This document shows, one piece after another, positions 1 to 10,086 of a stretch of 64,000 nucleotides of DNA. This stretch comes from a virus. The number at the start of each line of letters is the position of its first letter. Position 1 is the stretch's first letter. The notes under the pieces were generated by a model. That model was given only the letters and a program-made list of their open reading frames with translations, ran no database searches and was not told the DNA's origin. The stretch is from the IMG/VR virus record IMGVR_UViG_2630968645_000001. The stretch is one strand, 5' to 3'. The position numbers were made by a program, and so were the translations under genes.

Positions 1-374
1 AGGAAGAGATCTACAGAGTCAACTATTTGAACTTTCAAGCTGCCAAAAGAGCCTTATTCGAATTTATAGAAGGCTGGTACAATCGGAAACGGATTCATAG
101 CTGCTTGGGCTATATGACGCCACAAGAGACAGAAGACAGTATCAAAGGGGCAGCGTAGTGCTCTTCACAATTTTACAAGCATCCGCTTTACATGGAGTGG
201 CGGGTGTGGCAGGCTTGTTTGCCATGCGAAAGAAATCATTGCCCCTTTCGCCCTTCGCATAACACCACGCCCGCAGAGGCTCCATGTCAAGCGACCAGCG
301 ATGTCATGAAAAATATGGCATGAGATCAAAATTAAATTTCACTTATTGGTGTCCAAAATATTGACTTAAATCCA
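1..374 (+). mobile_element. 3' end of the IS3-family element (wrap-around copy of 57317-57690)
   Basis: Identical to 57317-57690; ends in right IR ...GGTGTCCAAAATATTGACTTAAATCCA. Confidence 0.9.
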
Positions 375-375
375 T

Positions 376-564
376 ATGGGCACATTACGTGGTGAGTTGA
401 AGAAATGGGGAAAGCAGAATCAAAATAAGGAAAATAAGCCACGAGGAAGGCCGAGAAAGACGAAATCAGAGCGATTAAGTCAACACGATATAAAAACACT
501 TATGGGATATTATGATCCCGTATATAAGCGAGGGAGAGGCGGAGCATGGAGAAATGGAAGATGA
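376..564 (+). CDS. Small basic phage protein; its native RBS is displaced by the IS3 insertion
   Basis: 62-aa ORF overlapping the next gene; ATG lies directly after the IS3 end. Confidence 0.7.
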   Translation: MGTLRGELKKWGKQNQNKENKPRGRPRKTKSERLSQHDIKTLMGYYDPVYKRGRGGAWRNGR

Positions 565-1004
565 ACAAGCAAGAAATCTCACAGGCATTAAAGGATTATC
601 ATTGGATGATCAACGAAATCAAGAGACAGCGTAAAATGCTGGAGAATGAAGTGAGAAGCAACATCACATCCCAATATGGGGAAGAATCCGCCTTACCGAA
701 GCCAAAAGGAACAAATAGTGATCCGGTTTACCGTGAAATTTTACGTCGGGAGAAAACGCATCAATGGATTAATCGGCTGCAGAAGAAAGTTCTATTTATT
801 CAGGAACATGTTGATTGTGTACGAGGAGAACGCGAACGTGCTGTGCTGGAGTGCCTGCTGGACGGGATGAGCGTAATTGCCATTAGCCGGCACATGGGAC
901 TATCAGAAAGGAATATTCGTCTTATACGGGAAGACATTGTCAATGCTATGTATGAAAATGCCGGATTTGCCGGAAATGCCGGATTTGCCGGTTTTGCAGG
1001 ATAG
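546..1004 (+). CDS. RinA/ArpU-like late transcriptional activator (sigma-70 region 4-like C-terminal HTH)
   Basis: Last early gene before the terminase; C-terminal ERERAVLECLLDGMSVIAISRHMGLSERNI HTH. Confidence 0.75.
   Translation: MEKWKMNKQEISQALKDYHWMINEIKRQRKMLENEVRSNITSQYGEESALPKPKGTNSDPVYREILRREKTHQWINRLQKKVLFIQEHVDCVRGERERAVLECLLDGMSVIAISRHMGLSERNIRLIREDIVNAMYENAGFAGNAGFAGFAG
957..1001 (+). repeat. Five tandem 9-bp repeats (WWTGCCGGA) at the end of the activator gene
   Basis: aatgccgga tttgccgga aatgccgga tttgccggt tttgcagga. Confidence 0.9.
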
Positions 1005-1214
1005 ATGCAGCACAAGAAAAAATATATGTAAAATGGAAGGCAGGACCGGAGAGGAAAAATCCGGGGCGTGAGAAATTTCACGAAAACCATAATTCACCTT
1101 GCGGTGAATAATTAAGGGTTCGAGGTTATCCCGGACGAGCTTCTTAATTCGAGACGGGGTAGCAGAAATGTGGACCTGGGTTAAAACCTTGTCGGTTTCG
1201 AGGCTTATTTTATT

Positions 1215-1240
1215 GCAGGAATTTGCCTTCTTTTGTCGAA
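1215..1240 (+). promoter_or_regulatory. Putative sigma-H-type promoter
   Basis: GCAGGAATT...GTCGAA spacing resembles the Bacillus sigH consensus; lies upstream of RBS GGGAGG and ORF 1267. Confidence 0.45.
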
Positions 1241-1266
1241 GTTATTGACGAAGGGAGGCGAATGAA

Positions 1267-1470
1267 ATGAAGGTTTATGAACTAATCAAGGAATTAGAAA
1301 ACTATCCACATCAAGATGCAGAGATTGGCGTGAATTTCCAAATAACATTAGCACAATCTGATAAAATAATTTCCAATATCACTAAAGTAAACGGCATCTT
1401 GAAACCTTTAAACAAAAATGATAATACGACGGTATTATTAGACACAGAAGAAATCAGAGAAAACATTTAA
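1267..1470 (+). CDS. Hypothetical moron-like protein
   Basis: AT-rich 67-aa ORF with its own RBS and terminator. Confidence 0.7.
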   Translation: MKVYELIKELENYPHQDAEIGVNFQITLAQSDKIISNITKVNGILKPLNKNDNTTVLLDTEEIRENI

Positions 1471-1492
1471 GCATCCTTCGGGGTGCTTTTTA
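1468..1492 (+). terminator. Intrinsic terminator
   Basis: aagcatcc-ttcg-gggtgctt followed by a T-run. Confidence 0.75.
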
Positions 1493-1543
1493 TTTTGCTC
1501 CAAAACAAACACAAATAGTCGGAGGTGGCAGGTGATGTAGCAG

Positions 1544-2311
1544 GTGACGGACAAATACATTCAAGCTGAAAAAGATTATGTCAAAGGCATGAAATACAAG
1601 GACATTGCTGAAAAATATGGCGTGTCTTTAAATACGGTCAAGTCATGGAAAAAGCGTTATGGTTGGACGCGTGAAAAGGGTGCACACAAAGAAAAAAGTG
1701 TGCACACAAAAAATAAAAGGGGCGCACCTGTCGGGAATATAAATGCAAAAGGAAATAAAGGCGGTGCGGCTCCAAAAGGAAACCAAAACGCTGTCACTCA
1801 CGGTTTCTTCTCCAAATATCTGCCACAGGAATCACTGGACATTCTGGAAGAGATTCAAGAGCATTCTCCCGTCGACATGCTCTGGGATCAGATAATGATT
1901 CAGTATGCTGCTATTATACGAGCGCAGAAAATAATGTTCGTTGAATCAAAAGATGAAATGATCAAGGAGATTAAGAAAACCAAGTCAGATATCGGGGAGA
2001 ATTACGAGACGAACGAAGAAGAGTGGGAATTTCAATTCGCTTGGGATCGCCAGGCGACTTTTCTTAACGCCCAATCTCGGGCCATGTCAGAACTGCGAAG
2101 CTTGATCAAGCAGTTTAATGAACTGGCACACGAAGATGATGAACGCCGTCTGAAGCTTGAACAGATGCAGCTAAACATTGATAAAACAAAAGCTAAGATT
2201 AAGGAAATCACGAATGAAAGCAACCAAGACGACCGGACGATCATCATCAACAACGAGGATGAAATGAGGCGGATTTTGAATGAACGCAATCAAGATAACC
2301 GACCTGATTAA
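1544..2311 (+). CDS. terS: Terminase small subunit (YqaS-like, N-terminal HTH)
   Basis: [39 protein letters not shown] motif, upstream of TerL. Confidence 0.9.
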   Translation: MTDKYIQAEKDYVKGMKYKDIAEKYGVSLNTVKSWKKRYGWTREKGAHKEKSVHTKNKRGAPVGNINAKGNKGGAAPKGNQNAVTHGFFSKYLPQESLDILEEIQEHSPVDMLWDQIMIQYAAIIRAQKIMFVESKDEMIKEIKKTKSDIGENYETNEEEWEFQFAWDRQATFLNAQSRAMSELRSLIKQFNELAHEDDERRLKLEQMQLNIDKTKAKIKEITNESNQDDRTIIINNEDEMRRILNERNQDNRPD

Positions 2312-3572
2312 TCCAGTGTTTTATGATTTCTGGCTAAATGAGAAGCCAAACAGTGTGCTAAAAGGCGGCCGTTCATCCATGAAATCCTCGGTCATCTCTT
2401 TGAAATTGCTTGTTGATTTTTTAAATGATGATCAGGGGAATGTTGTGGTGCTGCGGAAAGTAGGAAAATATCTTTCCACATCCGTTTATGAACAAATCAA
2501 ATGGGCCATATACATGCTCAAAGTCGAAAATGAATTCTACTTTGGAAAATCACCATTGATCATTCGGCACAAACGGACGAACACGGCTTTTTATTTTTAC
2601 GGCGTTGATGATCCGATGAAAATCAAATCCGCCAAGATTGCAAAGGGATATGTCATGGCACTTTGGTTCGAGGAACTGGCCGAGTTCGCAGGCGTCGAGG
2701 ATATCGATATTGTTTCCGATACATTCATCCGGCAGGACCTGGGCGAAAAGGAAGTAAAAATTTATTATTCTTACAACCCACCTCGAAACCCGTATGAGTG
2801 GGTGAATGAATGGGTAGATAGCAAAGCTAGCGATCCGGATTATTTTGTTCACCATTCAACGTACATGGATGATGAAAAAGGTTTCTTGTCGCATCAGATG
2901 ATCCGGAAAATTGAACAATACAAGGAAAATGATCTTGATTACTGGCGCTGGATGTATGCGGGTGAAATTATCGGACTTGGCGATATGGTTTACAATATGA
3001 ACCATTTCCATTGGATTGATGAATTGCCAAGTGATGATGATCTGCTGCTGATCGATATCGCGATTGACTCCGGATACCAAACATCGGCGACAACATTTTG
3101 TGCGTTTGGGCTTACAAAACGGCTTAATGTTATTCTGCTCGATACTTTTTACTATTCCCCTCAAAATCGAGTGGTTAAGAAGGCACCAAGTGAGTTCTCG
3201 GACGACTTGAAAGAGTTTGAAAGGGAACTATCGAGGTTTAAAAGAAACATCGATATGAGGACGATAGACAGTGCAGAAGGAGCGTTGCGAAACCAATACA
3301 TGAAAGATTATGGTATCCAGCTACATCCGATTGCAAAAAAGAAAAAGGTAAACATGATCGAAAATGTTCAGGACCTGCTGGCACAAGGTCGTTTTTTTAT
3401 GCTCAGAAACAGTAACAATCAAATCTTTTATGAAGAACACAAAAAGTATCAATGGGATGCCGACACGTTGCAAAGCGATGACCCGAAAGTCGTCAAAGAG
3501 GACGACCATACTTGTGATGCTTTTCAATACTATGTAAATGACAATTTAAGGAAACTGAACTTGAAATATTAA
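2280..3572 (+). CDS. terL: Terminase large subunit, PBSX family
   Basis: Walker [16 protein letters not shown] Walker B, SYNPP, nuclease EDDHTCDA. Confidence 0.95.
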   Translation: MNAIKITDLINPVFYDFWLNEKPNSVLKGGRSSMKSSVISLKLLVDFLNDDQGNVVVLRKVGKYLSTSVYEQIKWAIYMLKVENEFYFGKSPLIIRHKRTNTAFYFYGVDDPMKIKSAKIAKGYVMALWFEELAEFAGVEDIDIVSDTFIRQDLGEKEVKIYYSYNPPRNPYEWVNEWVDSKASDPDYFVHHSTYMDDEKGFLSHQMIRKIEQYKENDLDYWRWMYAGEIIGLGDMVYNMNHFHWIDELPSDDDLLLIDIAIDSGYQTSATTFCAFGLTKRLNVILLDTFYYSPQNRVVKKAPSEFSDDLKEFERELSRFKRNIDMRTIDSAEGALRNQYMKDYGIQLHPIAKKKKVNMIENVQDLLAQGRFFMLRNSNNQIFYEEHKKYQWDADTLQSDDPKVVKEDDHTCDAFQYYVNDNLRKLNLKY

Positions 3573-3584
3573 GGCGGTGATGCC

Positions 3585-5108
3585 ATGTTTCGAACCATCC
3601 TAGCCAAGATAAAGGGGGTGCTCGCTAAAATGGGATTGATCAAACAAATTAATAATGTTTCACAGCTGGCCGCCGTACAGGAGAGTGAGGCACAATACAG
3701 CCGAATTGAAGTATGGAAGTCTTTATACCACGGCTATTTGCCTTTTTACCAGGAAGGTGATGTACGAATCCCATTTCACGACACCAAATGGACGGATGCT
3801 GCTGGAAATGAGCATAAACGCCGCCGGGCATCTATGAAGATGCCAAAAGTAATAGCGGAAGAAATGGCTTCACTGGTTTTTAATGAGAAATGTGTAATTA
3901 ATATCTCGTCTGATCAGGAAATTCAAGAACTGATCGATGATATTTTTAAAGAAAACCGGTTTGAAAAACGATTCCAAAATTACCTCGAATATGGGTTTGC
4001 CATGGGCGGATTTGTCATGAAACCTTATTATGACGATGGTATCAAGATCGCTTTTGTTAGGGCTGACTGTTTCCTGCCGACCCAAAGCACAAATGATGAG
4101 ATTCAAGCCGGCGTGTTCATTAACGAGACGCGGAAAGGTGACAAATTTTATACGCTGCTTGAATGGCACAATTGGGACGGTACTGACTATGTGATCACGA
4201 ATGAGCTGTATGAAAGTAAAACAAAGGGTTCACTAGGATCAAAGGTGCCGTTGTCCGATCTTTATCCTGACCTAGAAGAAACCGTAACAATTCAAGGCCT
4301 TACGCATCCATTGTTTGTGTATGTTAAGCCAAATCTTGCAAACAATTTTGAACCGGATTCACCGTTAGGCATTTCCATTTATGCGAATGCAATCGACACG
4401 CTAAAATCTCTTGATATCGCATTTGACAGCTTTCAACGCGAATTTGTGTTGGGAAAACGCCGAATTATGGTACCACATACGGCGATCCGGACAGTAGTTG
4501 ACCCGGAAACAGGCCAGATGCAGAGATACTTTGACATAAACGATGAAGCATATATCAGCTATGCGGAAAACGATACTCAAAAAATGATTCAAGAGATGGC
4601 CGCAGAACTGCGGATAGAAGAACACATATCCGCAATCAATGCGTTGCTGAACATTCTGGCTGCGCAGACTGGTTTCAGCTCCGGCACCTTTGCTTTTACG
4701 GGTGGGGCAAGCGTCCAAACAGCAACACAAGTCATCTCGGAAAACAGCAAAACATTCCGGACTAAAAATAGCCATGAAATCATGATTGAAGCCGGGATAA
4801 AAGAATTAATTGAGGCCATTTTGCAATTGCTTGTCATTTATCAAGAGCTTCCGGCAATACCGGATATTGATGTGACAATTGACTTTGATGACTCCATTGC
4901 AGAGGACAGGCAGGCAAACGCTAATTATTATAGCGGTCTCGTATCTATGGGGCTTATGCCAAAGCTTAAAGCAATCATGAGAATATTCGACTTGCCGGAA
5001 GAAGAAGCTCGTGAGTGGCTGGCGCAAATCCAACAGGAAAACGGTCAACAGGTCCCACAAATGATGGAAAGCTTCCTGAACACGGCGGAAACAGATGAGG
5101 TAGGGTGA
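3585..5108 (+). CDS. Portal protein (A118/SPP1-like)
   Basis: 507 aa after TerL; SPLGISIYANA and TATQVISENS motifs. Confidence 0.9.
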   Translation: MFRTILAKIKGVLAKMGLIKQINNVSQLAAVQESEAQYSRIEVWKSLYHGYLPFYQEGDVRIPFHDTKWTDAAGNEHKRRRASMKMPKVIAEEMASLVFNEKCVINISSDQEIQELIDDIFKENRFEKRFQNYLEYGFAMGGFVMKPYYDDGIKIAFVRADCFLPTQSTNDEIQAGVFINETRKGDKFYTLLEWHNWDGTDYVITNELYESKTKGSLGSKVPLSDLYPDLEETVTIQGLTHPLFVYVKPNLANNFEPDSPLGISIYANAIDTLKSLDIAFDSFQREFVLGKRRIMVPHTAIRTVVDPETGQMQRYFDINDEAYISYAENDTQKMIQEMAAELRIEEHISAINALLNILAAQTGFSSGTFAFTGGASVQTATQVISENSKTFRTKNSHEIMIEAGIKELIEAILQLLVIYQELPAIPDIDVTIDFDDSIAEDRQANANYYSGLVSMGLMPKLKAIMRIFDLPEEEAREWLAQIQQENGQQVPQMMESFLNTAETDEVG

Positions 5109-5114
5109 TAATCT

Positions 5115-6224
5115 ATGTTAACTCCCAACCAACTGGAACAGCTTGCAAAGCCCCTTATTAATATTTATGGGCAGCTGGAAATAGACATCATCAAAGCCAT
5201 TGTAAAACGTCTGGAGACAAAGCAGGACATAACAAAGGACAATGTATTGCATTGGAAGTTTGAGAAGCTCCGGCAGCTCGGAGACCTAAATAAAGACGTA
5301 ATTCAACTCATCTCACTGATGACCGGCAAGACAGAAAAGGAGTTGGAAAAGCTGATTAAAGAGAGCATGAAGCAGAGCGTGCAACCTATGGATAATTGGT
5401 TGAGTGGTTTGGCTGATGACGGAAAAATTGATAAAGCACCGCCACTCGAGCAAGACACGCGTATTTTTAATACACTTCTCACATTTCAGAGGCAGGCAAC
5501 ATCAACGCTCAACTTAACAAATTCGACCATTTTGCAGAACAGCCAACAAGTTTACCGGGACATTATCTCCCAGTCGACAGTAAGCGTCATGACTGGCATG
5601 AAAACCCATCAGCAGGCGGTAGCAGATACGGCAGCCAAATGGGCAGAAAAAGGCATTCCGGCACTTGTGGACAAAAAAGGACGACAATGGTCAATTGAAG
5701 GGTATATTCCGATGGTGGTTAAGTCAGTCGCTAACAATGTGGCAAATCAAACGCAATTCGACCGGATGGACAGCTATGGGGTTGACTTAATTGAAATCAG
5801 CAGTCACGTTGGCGCTCGTCCGGGATGTGCTCCCTATCAGGGCAGGATATTTGACCGTAACGGTAAAAGTAAGAAATATCCCTCGTTGGCAAGCACGACA
5901 TATGGAAAGCCCGCCGGTATATTTGGTATTAATTGCCATCATCACCCTTACCCGTATATCCCAGGTGTAAGCGTAAAGCGATATGAGCCATATCCGATAG
6001 AGGAAAATGCAAAAGCCTATGAGCAAAGCCAACAGCAACGCAAGATGGAACGGGATATCCGCAAGGCCAAGAATAATCTTGAAGTGATCCGGCGGCTCGG
6101 TACAAAAGAAGATGTTGCCGCCGCCCGAAAGAAAGTGAGGGAAAAGCAAGCGAACATGAGGGCATTTATCAATGATACCGGCAGAACGCGGAGGTATGAT
6201 CGAGAGCAAATCATTAAAAAATGA
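5115..6224 (+). CDS. Minor capsid protein (phage minor capsid 2 family)
   Basis: SSHVGARPGCAPYQG and GINCHH motifs; follows the portal. Confidence 0.9.
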   Translation: MLTPNQLEQLAKPLINIYGQLEIDIIKAIVKRLETKQDITKDNVLHWKFEKLRQLGDLNKDVIQLISLMTGKTEKELEKLIKESMKQSVQPMDNWLSGLADDGKIDKAPPLEQDTRIFNTLLTFQRQATSTLNLTNSTILQNSQQVYRDIISQSTVSVMTGMKTHQQAVADTAAKWAEKGIPALVDKKGRQWSIEGYIPMVVKSVANNVANQTQFDRMDSYGVDLIEISSHVGARPGCAPYQGRIFDRNGKSKKYPSLASTTYGKPAGIFGINCHHHPYPYIPGVSVKRYEPYPIEENAKAYEQSQQQRKMERDIRKAKNNLEVIRRLGTKEDVAAARKKVREKQANMRAFINDTGRTRRYDREQIIKK

Positions 6225-6277
6225 AATATTAAATGATTTGTCGGAAATATACCGGCTACAATGTGAGGTGAGCGCAA

Positions 6278-6534
6278 ATGCTAAAATATCGAAAGAAACC
6301 AGTCGTGATTGAAGCGGTACAGTATTTAGGTAACAAAATTATCAAGATATATGTAAGTTTGTCGGTAAAGAGTTGACAATGGAGTACATGGATACGGAGC
6401 AAATCTTAACCATTGAAACACTTGAAGGCGAATTGAAAGCAAATAAAGGTGATTACATCATCAAGGGTGTGCAAGGTGAGTTTTACCCATGCAAGCCGGA
6501 CATTTTTGAGAAAACATATGAGCCTGCCGAATAG
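6278..6534 (+). pseudogene. Small phage protein (KKPVVIEA...GDYIIKGVQGEFYPCKPDIFEKTYE family), frameshifted
   Basis: Adding one A in the aacaaaattat run joins MLKYRKKPVVIEAVQYLGNK to NYQDICKFVGKEL...KTYEPAE*. Confidence 0.8.
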
Positions 6535-6624
6535 GTGGAGATGATCCAACATCTCGGATCAACGCTGTTATGTGTGAAATTAAGTCGCCAATAGGCGTCT
6601 TTTTTAATTCCAATACGAGGAGCG

Positions 6625-7302
6625 ATGCAAATGTTTAACATTCTACGTTTAAACTTGCAATTTTTTGCAGCAGACACCGGGGCTGGAGTAGAGGGCGGAG
6701 GTGTTCCAGTTGACACTGGGCAAGGAGGTGATCAAAAAACAGAGACGGTACCGCCTGCAAACCAAACGCCGCCGGCTCAACCACAACAGACACAGCCGGA
6801 GAAACAAGAACAAACAAATCCTGAGCCGCCAAAGGTAGATACAAAGGAAATCAAGACCAAAGCCCAGGCTGAACTGCTGAAAAAGCTCGGTTTTGAAAAG
6901 GTGGATGAGCTGCAAGAAGTGCTGACCAAATACAAAGAGGAGCAAGACGCTAAAAAATCCGAATTCGAACTGCAATCTGAAAAGTTGCAGAAAATCGAAG
7001 CGGATTTTTCTTCTGTTCAGGCCGAAAATGAGTCGCTAAAGGCTCAAATCAGCGCCATGAAAGCAGGAGTGAAGGCAGATGCTGTAGAGGATGTGGTCGT
7101 GCTTGCCAAAACAATGGTCAATGATGAGGTGGACATGGATGCCGCCATAGCAAAAGTGCTTGAAAAATATCCGCAATTTGGACAGGGAAAGGAGGATCCA
7201 GAGCCTGAACAAAAACCGAGCTTTAAAACCACGACTGGGGAGCACAAAACGCAGCCGACCACTGATGTAGAAAAATGGCTTGAAGCATTCAAACTTAAAT
7301 AA
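6625..7302 (+). CDS. Capsid scaffolding protein
   Basis: LRLNLQFFA N-terminus, coiled-coil, directly upstream of the capsid gene. Confidence 0.85.
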   Translation: MQMFNILRLNLQFFAADTGAGVEGGGVPVDTGQGGDQKTETVPPANQTPPAQPQQTQPEKQEQTNPEPPKVDTKEIKTKAQAELLKKLGFEKVDELQEVLTKYKEEQDAKKSEFELQSEKLQKIEADFSSVQAENESLKAQISAMKAGVKADAVEDVVVLAKTMVNDEVDMDAAIAKVLEKYPQFGQGKEDPEPEQKPSFKTTTGEHKTQPTTDVEKWLEAFKLK

Positions 7303-7308
7303 TAGGAG

Positions 7309-8244
7309 ATGAAAATGATGCCAGTAAACTATGCTGAGCTGTATTTGCAAGCTTTACAACAACGTTTTGCAGAGGGTCTTCTTTTTAATGATCTCTACAA
7401 TACGCCAAACAATCAAAATATCAAATGGACAAACGCGAAGACGATTCAAATTCCGAGAATCACAACCGGCGGATACATTGATGTCGATCGTGATGTAGTG
7501 GGCGGTTTCACTCGCCGTGCCGAAAATGATTTTGAACCGAAAACACTTGAACATGACCGGGAATTTTCAACTTTGGTTGACCCGGTGGATGTGGACGAGT
7601 CAAATATGGCTTTGACTATTGCAAACATTACTCGCGTTTTTAACGACGAACAAAAAATTCCTGAAATGGACAAATATATGGCGTCAAAATTATATACGGA
7701 ATTTATCAAATATGGTGGTTCGGCATTAACAGATAATATCACGGAAGCTATTGTTTTGCAGGTCTATGATGAACTGATGATGCAAATGGATGAAGCTGAA
7801 GTGCCACAAACTGGACGCATTCTTTATGTGACGCCTGCAGTGAATAAAGTATTGAAGAATGCTGACAGTGTCCAGCGTTCTATTTTGGTTACGCAGAATT
7901 CAGGTTCTATTAATCGAAATGTCCGTAGCCTGGATGAGGTGACAATTAAAGTTGTTCCTTCTAATCGGATGAAAACTATCTATGACTTTACGGATGGTGC
8001 GGTGGCTGATGCTTCAGCGGCACAAATCAACATGATTCTGGTGCATCCGTTATCGCTAATTGCACCGATGAAATATGAATTTGTCAGCTTGGATGAACCG
8101 TCCGCAAAAACAGGCGGAAAATACCTGTACTACGAACGTGCCTACTGGGATGTATTTGCAATCGAGAAGAAAGCGCCAGGCATTAAATTTGCTATTACTC
8201 CAGCTGCTCCAGCGAGTGACGGCGGAGGCTCGACGGGGGCGTAA
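7309..8244 (+). CDS. Major capsid protein
   Basis: 311 aa; TLEHDREFSTLVDPVDVDE and DEAEVPQTGRILYVTP motifs. Confidence 0.9.
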   Translation: MKMMPVNYAELYLQALQQRFAEGLLFNDLYNTPNNQNIKWTNAKTIQIPRITTGGYIDVDRDVVGGFTRRAENDFEPKTLEHDREFSTLVDPVDVDESNMALTIANITRVFNDEQKIPEMDKYMASKLYTEFIKYGGSALTDNITEAIVLQVYDELMMQMDEAEVPQTGRILYVTPAVNKVLKNADSVQRSILVTQNSGSINRNVRSLDEVTIKVVPSNRMKTIYDFTDGAVADASAAQINMILVHPLSLIAPMKYEFVSLDEPSAKTGGKYLYYERAYWDVFAIEKKAPGIKFAITPAAPASDGGGSTGA

Positions 8245-8277
8245 GAGCTCCCGTTTTGATATAAGGGAGGTAACAGA

Positions 8278-8514
8278 ATGAGCACAGTAAAAGTCAGGAA
8301 AGAAAACCGTGTCTTGCATGTACCAGAAGGGCAAGTAGCCAAGTTTTTAAATCAAGGGTATGACCAAATTGACGAGACTGGCAATATCGTAAAACGTGCG
8401 ACTGGCGGCCGAATGGTTACATTGCAAGAATATAATCGCTTGCTTGACCGTGTGGCGGAATTAGAACAGGAGTTGTCCGCTCCAAAAGGCGCCAAACAAA
8501 AAAAGAGTGAGTGA
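8278..8514 (+). CDS. Hypothetical head-associated protein
   Basis: RBS GGGAGG; position after the capsid gene. Confidence 0.7.
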   Translation: MSTVKVRKENRVLHVPEGQVAKFLNQGYDQIDETGNIVKRATGGRMVTLQEYNRLLDRVAELEQELSAPKGAKQKKSE

Positions 8515-8900
8515 CGATGAAATACATTGACCAGGATTTTTACTCGAATGAATATGGCGGAACGACCATTCCGCCTGATAAGTTTACAGAAATCGCAAAC
8601 GCAGCCGAACGCGTGATTGATCAGGCTACTTTTTTCCGGATGAGCCAGCTGGATTTTTCCAAGCTATCCAACCGCATTCAGTGGCTTGTAAAAATGGCCA
8701 TATCAGCGCAAATAGAATATTTTTACGAACTGGGCAGCCATACGGAAGCGGGCATGCAGACGGTACAAAGCGCATCCATCGGCGGGTTTAGTTACGCTAA
8801 TCCGCAGATGGATAGCAATAAAAATATAATGCTATCTGAAACTGCCATTATGTATCTAACGCAAACTGGGCTGATGTATAGCGGCGTGAACGTATATTAA
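8511..8900 (+). CDS. Head-tail adaptor/connector
   Basis: AERVIDQAT, SASIGGFSY, YLTQTGLMYSGV motifs. Confidence 0.8.
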   Translation: MTMKYIDQDFYSNEYGGTTIPPDKFTEIANAAERVIDQATFFRMSQLDFSKLSNRIQWLVKMAISAQIEYFYELGSHTEAGMQTVQSASIGGFSYANPQMDSNKNIMLSETAIMYLTQTGLMYSGVNVY

Positions 8901-8912
8901 ACGTGATTCCGT

Positions 8913-9317
8913 TTGTCTTCCGTTTCGGAGGTGATTACTATCTTTGTAAGACCAATTCCGCCAATCATGATGCCACACACCGTCCAGCTGCAGTCCTACT
9001 CGGGTAGTAGCCGATACGGTGAATCTTACGCGGATCCCGTGACGATTACGCATGTTCGCGTTGTACCAAAATCACAGTTGAAAACACAGCTTACCTTTGG
9101 ATTTAACGCTGAAACAATCGACTTTGCATCTATGTTGTTTATCGACGTAAGCACATCGAAACAAATCACAGACGGTGCAGAGCAGGATTTGAAGATTGTC
9201 CCAAAAGAAAAAGACAAGGTCATTTTTAAGGGAAAGGAATACGTCATCCAAAGCGCAGATGAGCTGTTGGCCGGAGATAAAGTACATCATTATGAATGCG
9301 GGCTAAACGGGGTGTGA
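8913..9317 (+). CDS. Head-closure protein (A118 minor capsid 1-like); true start probably 20-40 nt downstream
   Basis: Synteny; C-terminal VHHYECGL. Confidence 0.7.
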   Translation: MSSVSEVITIFVRPIPPIMMPHTVQLQSYSGSSRYGESYADPVTITHVRVVPKSQLKTQLTFGFNAETIDFASMLFIDVSTSKQITDGAEQDLKIVPKEKDKVIFKGKEYVIQSADELLAGDKVHHYECGLNGV

Positions 9318-9321
9318 TCAG

Positions 9322-9675
9322 ATGATTAATGTGCAAGTCAATATCGGGAATATACGAGGAAAAGTTGAAAAGGCTACGAGGTATGGGCAATTCATAACCA
9401 GCCAACAAGTATTAAAAGACTGTAACTACTACATCCCGAAGGATAAGGGCACATTAGAGCGTTCATCTTTGCAAGCCTCAGACCTTGAGCGTGGTGAAAT
9501 CGTTTGGGATACGCCTTATGCGCGGCGCCTTTACTATCACCCGGAATACAATTTCTCAAAAGATAAAAATCCGCACGCACGCGGCCTTTGGTTTGATGAA
9601 GCGAAAGCAGTGCGTGGAGATAAGTGGGTTGCCGTTGCACAGGAAGGGGTTGAACAGGGCCTTGACAGAGAATGA
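9322..9675 (+). CDS. Neck protein (A118 minor capsid 2-like)
   Basis: YIPKDKGTLERS, WDTPYARRLYY, ARGLWFDEA motifs. Confidence 0.85.
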   Translation: MINVQVNIGNIRGKVEKATRYGQFITSQQVLKDCNYYIPKDKGTLERSSLQASDLERGEIVWDTPYARRLYYHPEYNFSKDKNPHARGLWFDEAKAVRGDKWVAVAQEGVEQGLDRE

Positions 9676-10081
9676 GCTCGATTTTCAGGACTGCATGATT
9701 GATGCCATTGAAGCGAATTGCAATTTATTTGCGCCCATTGATGTGCCAATCATTAAAATCAATGTGGACGGCACAGGAAGTGGTATCGCCTTCATGTTAA
9801 CGCCAATCGGTGAGGAAACACGATTCATGGATGGCAGCCGTGACAGGATGTATGCTTTTCAAATTAGTGCTCGCAGCCCTGATCAGCTACAAGTCCTCAA
9901 CACATTATTCAGCATCAATAGATTCATAGATGGGCTTAAAAGTGGTGACATTAAAAGCAAAAATGGAACATTTGAGTTTATTAATGCCGTGATTAGAAGC
10001 GTGCCAAATTTGGTGCAAGCTGACACTCACGGCTTTTTATATGTATCAAATTTCGAGGCTGAACTTTTATTAAAGGAGTGA
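9650..10081 (+). CDS. Tail terminator (A118 minor capsid 3-like); start approximate
   Basis: C-terminal part of ORF 9485-10081; synteny before the tail tube gene. Confidence 0.7.
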   Translation: MNRALTENELDFQDCMIDAIEANCNLFAPIDVPIIKINVDGTGSGIAFMLTPIGEETRFMDGSRDRMYAFQISARSPDQLQVLNTLFSINRFIDGLKSGDIKSKNGTFEFINAVIRSVPNLVQADTHGFLYVSNFEAELLLKE

Positions 10082-10086
10082 GATGA

